Below, one piece after another: positions 39,152 through 64,000 of a stretch of DNA of 64,000 nt (its first letter is position 1; each line of letters opens with the position of its first letter). Position numbers and translations under genes: made by a program. The DNA is from the human T2T-CHM13v2.0 reference genome, Homo sapiens. The notes beneath the pieces are model-generated. The model had not been told where the DNA came from, did no database searches, and worked only from the letters and a program-made list of their open reading frames with translations. The stretch lies in the NCBI RefSeq assembly GCF_009914755.1, contig NC_060940.1; one strand, given 5' to 3'.

Positions 39152-41680
39152 TAGCCAGGATGGTCTCTATCTCCTGACCTGGTGATCCACCTGCCTCGGC
39201 CTTGCAAAGTGCTGGGATCACAGGCGTGAGCCATCGCACCCGGCCCAGATCTTTTTATATTATTGATTTATAGTTTAATTCTGATTTGGTCAGAATACTG
39301 TGTTACGAATTTCAATTATTTTAAATTTGTTGTGGTTTGTTTTTGTATTGTATTTTTGTTTCATTTTGTTTTAGTAGACTCCTGGTCTCAAGTGATCCGC
39401 TGACCTTGGCCTCCCAAAGTGCTTTACAGGCGTGAGCCACTGCACCAGGCCTGTTGTAGTTTGTTTTAAGGTCGAGGATATGATGATCTCTCTGGGTAAC
39501 TGTTTCGTGTGTATTTGAATAAATATTGTGCTGTTGATCGTAGAATCTTCCTTGATTGATTGACTGATTGAGACAGCGTCTGTCTCTGTTGCCCAAGCTG
39601 GAGTGCAGTGGTTCAGTCACAGCTGTCTGCAACCTCAAACCTTTTGCCTCAGCCTCCCGAGTAGCTAGGACTGCAGGTGTGCGCCCTAATCCTTTTGCCT
39701 CAGCCTCCGGAGTAGCTAGGACTCAAGGTGTGAGCCACCACACTCAGCTAATTTTCTGTATTTTTTGTAGAGACGAGGTTTTGCCATGTTGCCCAGGCTG
39801 GTCTCAAACCCCTGGGCTCAAGCAGTCCACCCACCTTTGCCTCCCAAAGTGCTGCGTTTACAGGCATGAGCTACTGTGCCTGACCCTCTTTTTCCATTCT
39901 TTTATCTTTTTTTTTTTTAATTTCCTGACTCCTACAACTGATCATCCTTTTACTTTGAATGTAGCTATGTTTTTATATTTAAAACAAACTGCTTATAGAC
40001 AGCACATGGTTTGGTCTTACTTTTTTTATATAATTTGACCTCTGTTACTTAATTGGTGTGTTTATGCCAATTATTGATATAGTTGTGTTAAAGTCTACCA
40101 TCTTGCTGGTTTTTTTCTGTTTTTCTTATTTGGTCTTTGTTTCTGTTTACCTTTTTTTCTGTCTACTTTTGTCTTAAGTGGGTCTTTTTTATAATTACAT
40201 TTTATCTCCACTGTTGTCTTATTGTATATTTGTAAAAATTTAACAGAGTTTTTGGTTGTTACCCTAAAGTTTAGTGGAACTTTAAAGATATCATACTGTT
40301 TTATGTCAATATACTTGGAACATTATACTCCCAATTTCATCCTCCCGTCTTTTGCATTATTGTTGTCATACATGTTGCAGAATATTGACATATGCTGTAA
40401 ACCCACAAAACTTTGCTACTATTTTTGCTTTAGATAATCTTTCACAGTGATTAAAAGCAAGAAAAAGTATCTATTGTGTTGATCCTCATTTTAACGATTC
40501 TCAAGAGATTTTCATTTATTTGTGTAGATTCAGGTTTTTGTCTGATATCATATTTCTTCTATTTAAATAACTTCATTAAACATTTCTTCTAGTGCAGGTC
40601 TACTGATAATGAATTCGCTATGTTTTTGTTGTTTGAAAAAGGTTTTTTACTTCATTATCATTTTTGAAAGATATTTTTGCTGGGTATAGAATTCTGAGTT
40701 AATAGTTTTTTGCTTTAGTTGCTTTTTTGTTGTTGTGAAAGCACTTTCAGGATGTCACTACTTTGTTTTCTGGCTTAGTTTCTGATGAGAAGGTGGCTAT
40801 GATTCATTATCTTGATTTTTCTATATATAATATGTCTTTTTTCCTCTGGCTACTTTGAAGATTTTAACTTTGGTTTTCATTTGTTTGGATATGATGTGTC
40901 CATGTGTGTTTTTGTTTGAGTTTAGTTTTTGGTATTTTCCCTGTTTGGATAAATTGAGTTTCTTGGACCTGTGGTTTCAAATTATTATTTTTGGAAAATT
41001 CTTGTCCATTATGTCTTCAAATACTTCTTTTCTCCTTTTGGAATTTCAGTTACATGTTTATTAGACCATTTGATATTGTCTCACAGCCCTTGGATGCTCT
41101 GTCCTTTTATGTTTTTCTTCCATTTCTCTTTGAGTTTCAGTTTGACCTATCTTCAAGTTTACTGAAACTTTTCTTAGCTCCTTTGTCTACTAATGAACCT
41201 GCTGAAAGATCAACTCTGTTACTGTACTTTTCTTAGCATTTCCATTTGATTTTTTCTTGCAGTTTCCATCTCTGCTGAAATTCCCTATTTGTTTATTCAT
41301 GTTGTCCACCTTTTCTAGTAAAGCCTTTAGTATATGAATCATAGTTGTGTTAAATGCCCTGTCTGATAATTTCAGCAGTTGAGGGTTCTGTTGATTGTTT
41401 TGCCTCTTTTGATAGTGGATTATCTTAGTCTTGCCTTTATGGGTGTCTGATAATGTTAGATTGAAGATAGGTGCTGTTAGTATGATCTTTTCTGCCCCTT
41501 CTGAAGAGGCAAAGGGACTTTCCCAGGAGGTGGTATTTTCCCAGGTGGTCTCTAGGGATTTCTAAACAAGTCATTCTAGGAGTTGTAAGGCAGGTCAGAC
41601 CTTTAATAACAATGCCTTCCTTTTTCCTCTATTCCAGTTCTGCCTTCATAGTTCTCTGCCTTTGCCCAAAACTGCAGAAA

Positions 41681-59035
<17,355 letters not shown>

Positions 59036-60690
59036 AACTCCAGCCAGGTCTTACTGTGGAAAACTCCTGCCAGAACTCTTCAAGCGGGTGAAAAACCTCA
59101 TGACAGTATTGAGGGAACATGGGAATTCATACTGAGATGCAATCTCTCAACTCAAAAATGTATTAAAAATAGGATCCCATGAGAACATTATACTGGAAGT
59201 TACATGTGATACCCAGCTAAAGAATACATATCAGAATATATCCAGCTGTAAATAGCCATACCCAGTTGTACTACAATGAGCTTTTTAAAATCTTGAATGA
59301 ATTGAGTATTCTAGACAGCAGCATAAGAAATATACAAACAGTATCCTATGAATTTAGTGGTTTTATGTGGATATGCCACAAAACACAAGTGGTATGCTTT
59401 AGATCTGCACATGTGAATTTAGCATAATCACTGGGAATTTGAAATTCTTGTCCTCTGTGATAATTAGGACATAACAAGATTTTCCATACTAAACATCACA
59501 TGTGTTTTTCAGTATCTCTGCAATCCAGTATGCATTCCAAATGAAATGTGTAACATTTAAAGTAGCATGGAACCTACGTCTTTCCCTACTGCTTGCTGGC
59601 ATATATCAGTTGGTATGAACATTGTTCTTGAGCTGCCTCTTAGGAAACAGAAGACAGTGTTGAAGTTTTCCCTGCTTCTGGTTTGCTGAAGATTTTCTAG
59701 ACTGCTTCTGGTTTGCTGAAGATTTTCTAGAAGCACTATTTACACAAATATGCAAATGTGAAATAACCGATCTATAACGTGAAGGAGGCAGACATGAGCT
59801 GTACTACTCAGTATGCACCACAGAATAAGAGTTTGCCGTGTAAAGACAATATCCCCATTCGTCATGCTCTTATTTTCCCGTGGGATATTTGCATACAAAT
59901 GCATGTCTGTTACCAAAATATTGTGTAACACAGACAGAAACCACCTGTTTTTGTCTTTCCTTGTTTCCCTTAATATTTCATGAATTGTCTAGCAAAAATG
60001 GTAGGATGCTTCTGTAGTTCACAAATGTTACATTTCAGAGACTTTAGAGGAAAAATTATTTTAAATAACTGTCAACTGTTTCATTGCTTTTTAAATTTTT
60101 CACGTGCATAACCCCCTTTAGAAGTAAATTTTTACACTATTTTGTTGTTTAAAGGAGGCATTTCTACTTCCTTGAGTTTTGCTGTTGCCAACCTAAAACA
60201 TTTCCCTTTGGAACATGAGTTATAAGTTATTACTTTTCCTTTACATGTTTACACTTTTATAAAAATCAGATTTTTCAGTGGTCTCTCCAGATATTAACAA
60301 GAATTGTTGTGTAACTCAAAGATTTGCTTTTATAGACTTGATTTCAAATTCTTAAGTTCAGCCTTTCCCTATCAATCACAAATCATGTATTGGAAATTAT
60401 AAATGGCAACCAAAAACTGGCTTTTAAAAAATATTTTTGGATATCATTGATGTGCTGTCACACTATATATTGAGTGACTTTCTGAACAAATTTATCCAGA
60501 ACATCCATAGCCCAATAAGCTTTTGTCTAAGTTGTCATCTTACTTACTCACAAAGGAGGGGAAAACGTTATTTTCATAGCTGCTTTTAGAAATGTAGATT
60601 GTAACAGCCTCCTTGGACAACATTGTGAGTCTGTTTTAACATTAATATACTCTTACAACCTAGGAATCTCCTGGGAATCTATCCCTAAGG

Positions 60691-60951
60691 AATAAAAAGC
60701 GCCAGCACTTAAGATTATATGTTTACTAATGTATATTGTATTTTTTGGTAAGGACCAAAAAAACAAACAAAAAAAAGACCATCAGTAAGGGAATGGATGA
60801 ATAAATTGTGGTAAAAACATACCATGGCTGAATGGTATTTCCTTGAAAAGAATGTGTGGGAACAAACTCCAAACTTCTCTAGGTCAAATGAGGAAAGCAA
60901 GAGGGGAGAGAGAGAGTGTATGTGTGTGTGTAGCAGTTTTTATAAAATAAA
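60691..60951 (+). terminator. ZFP1: Candidate ZFP1 polyadenylation signals within an old L1ME-like fragment (~60575-60990)
   Basis: AATAAA at 60691-60696, 60800-60805 and 60946-60951; the last is followed by GT/T-rich sequence. Confidence 0.55.
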
Positions 60952-61639
60952 GATAAACCCTTATATATGTGTGTCTTTGTATATGATTTTATGGGCCTGG
61001 TGAATAGAATTCCTTCCATTTTTAACCTGTGGACCTCACCAGCTTTATCAGTGAGGGCTTTAGCAGTAAACTGAATTAGCGCCTTATGAAAGGATGACTT
61101 GGAGAATGAGAGAAGGATTAAGGGAACAAACAACGGATGGTAAGGAATCCAGAGACCAGCAGTGCCAAGAAGCTGTTGTCTCCCTAGGGACCAAAGGAAG
61201 AAATGGTGTTTCAGAGCCCAGTGACAGCCAAAATGTTGGAAGGTCTCTTTCCTGTAGGAGATAGAAAAATAGAAAGGAAGAGTGTCTCTTAAGTGGATGT
61301 TGAAGCTCTACAAAGATGCAGCTACTGTGAGAAACACAGAACTGTCAGGAAAGGGAGCAGAGGGGGAAAAGCCTCAGCTCTTTATTGCTGTCTCCTGAAG
61401 ATGCCTCCATCAACTGAACCTAATCAGAAGCCCGGGTGATGCCGTCCTCCTGGGATAAAGCAGGGTAGAAAGATGGAGGATGGACCAGGAGGGGAAACAG
61501 CACAATCAGCAAATCTCCCATCTCAGTTTCAGCCTTGCTGGTCCGACTGTAATGAGGCTTTCCCAGAAGGACCCTTCTTCCCCTATGGTCATTCCAAGTG
61601 GCAACTGTTTGTCTCATGCCTCTTATGCGTTTAGAGGTA

Positions 61640-63000
61640 AGATGACTGACTCTGAAGCCCAATTTCAGAGGAAATAAAAATTTGGGAGTTGTCACAGGGA
61701 TAATATTTTAAGCCATAAAGCTAGGTGAGATTACCTAGGAAAAAAAAGTATAAAGAATGTCAAGGACTGAGCCCCGAGCACTCACCCCAGTGTTTGCTGG
61801 GCAGGAACTGGCAAATGAAACTGAGAAGGAACCACCAGGGTTAGGGTGAAAACCAGTAGAGGGTGGTATCTGAAGCCAGCTGAAAACACTTATTTTGAAG
61901 TAGAAGAGTGGCCACTATATCAAATACTAATAATTTGTATGAAGTTGGATATATGCTGAGATTAACCATCAGTGAGGTCATTTTGAAAAAAACAGTTATA
62001 AAGGAGTGGTCAGGGTAAATCTAGGAGGATTCAAGATAAACTTGGAAACAGGAGCTGTGAATAAGGGGCCAAGTGTTAAGGACTGAAAAGTCTGAGATTT
62101 TGTCCTACTTGCAAGGTAACAAGTTAAGCTACCAGTTTCATGGATACTGGCAGAAGACATACTGTACTGACCTCGAATACACATTTGCTGGGTGGAGTTA
62201 CAGGAGGGGAGGTCCAAGTTTAGGGAGCCTGAATCTTAAACAGTGGTCTAGAAGTAAATCTATCAAACCTTTGTCTAGAAGGAAGACATATTATACTGGA
62301 TGCTAAACAAACTGTTGCTCTGGAGAACGGATTACCTATCTAAGGCTATTCATCCTGAAAACAGCCTGTAACAAAAGCCATCACCATATGTACTTGTAAG
62401 ATAGGGAGAAACGTGAGAAACCCATGGAGAATTGTCTCCCAACACAGAGAAACGGATGGGTAACTGAAGAGATGGGGGCTTTTGAGGATTTTGGTGTTTT
62501 AAAATATTAGAAATTCTAGGATAAATTTATATACTCATGGGAACGATAAGTAGAAAAATTGACGCTGTACGAGAAGAGGAGGAGGAGAATGGACTAGAGC
62601 AGAGCCTGAGCAGGTGAAGACACTGGGATCCAGGGTACTAGTGAAGAGGTCAGACGCTGGAGCACCAACCAGGAGGAAGGCAGAGCGTGGGCAGAGAAGA
62701 TGCTAGAGCTTGTGAGTGTTCTTGTCTGATTGCTTTTATTTCCACTGTTAAACTGAAAACATAGTTATTAGCTGAGAGTGAGGATGGTAGAGGTGGTGTG
62801 AGACGTTTGGGGGATAGGGAAGAGTGAAAAAATTAAGGAAATGTACGATACACTAAAGGCCCACTTGAGGTTAGTGGTCATGAGTTTAACATAACATCAA
62901 TTGTCAGGGTTGTATGTTTTGTTCCAGCCACATTCAGCAGAGTTGGATTTAGCCTGGATTGACTGGTGTGAAATACATGAACCATGGGACTTAAGCTGAT
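61640..63000 (-). mobile_element. L2 fragments interrupted by an ERVL-type LTR (LTR47/LTR40-like, 62074-62444, minus)
   Basis: GAGATTACCTAGG...AAGGACTGAGCCC...GAAACTGAGAAGGA (L2); LTR TGTTAAGG...CCCATGGAGAATTGTCTCCCAACA. Confidence 0.55.
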
Positions 63001-63039
63001 TAGGTGAAGAGTCACAACTTCAGAGAGGGAAATCAGCGG

Positions 63040-64000
<961 letters not shown>

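Overview
Human (primate) genomic DNA. The gene content matches the LDHD-ZFP1 interval of chromosome 16q23 (recognised from the proteins, not from a search). Two divergent protein-coding genes are fully contained. LDHD (mitochondrial FAD-dependent D-lactate dehydrogenase) is on the minus strand: 11 coding exons at 1053-5418, giving 484 aa, or 507 aa via an alternative exon-6 acceptor. ZFP1 (KRAB-A plus 8 C2H2 fingers, 407 aa) is on the plus strand, with a CpG-island promoter at ~37.1-37.8 kb and CDS exons 41681-41695, 55470-55596 and 57954-59035. Most of the rest is transposon-derived: roughly 75-80 Alu copies/fragments (eye count), old L1/L2/MIR, DNA-transposon relics and several LTR elements. 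Almost all other ORFs in the track are Alu, microsatellite or GC-rich artefacts. The most striking structure is a 13.9-kb four-level nest of endogenous retroviruses starting ~230 bp upstream of the LDHD ATG. A MER4-type solo LTR contains a MER50-type solo LTR, which contains a two-LTR MER4A1-type provirus, which contains an LTR10-type solo LTR, and each level has a readable target-site duplication. The nest carries plus-strand TATA boxes and strong splice donors pointing toward ZFP1. Other highlights: a dead KRAB-B pseudo-exon and relic zinc fingers in ZFP1, an L1-retroposed copy of a polyadenylated LTR transcript end, an in-frame stop-free LDHD intron 9 with a weak donor, templated-insertion repair scars in Alus and an Alu-born minisatellite. 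No wholly new gene system can be demonstrated from sequence alone. Repeat subfamily names are from memory of consensus sequences and need RepeatMasker/Dfam confirmation.
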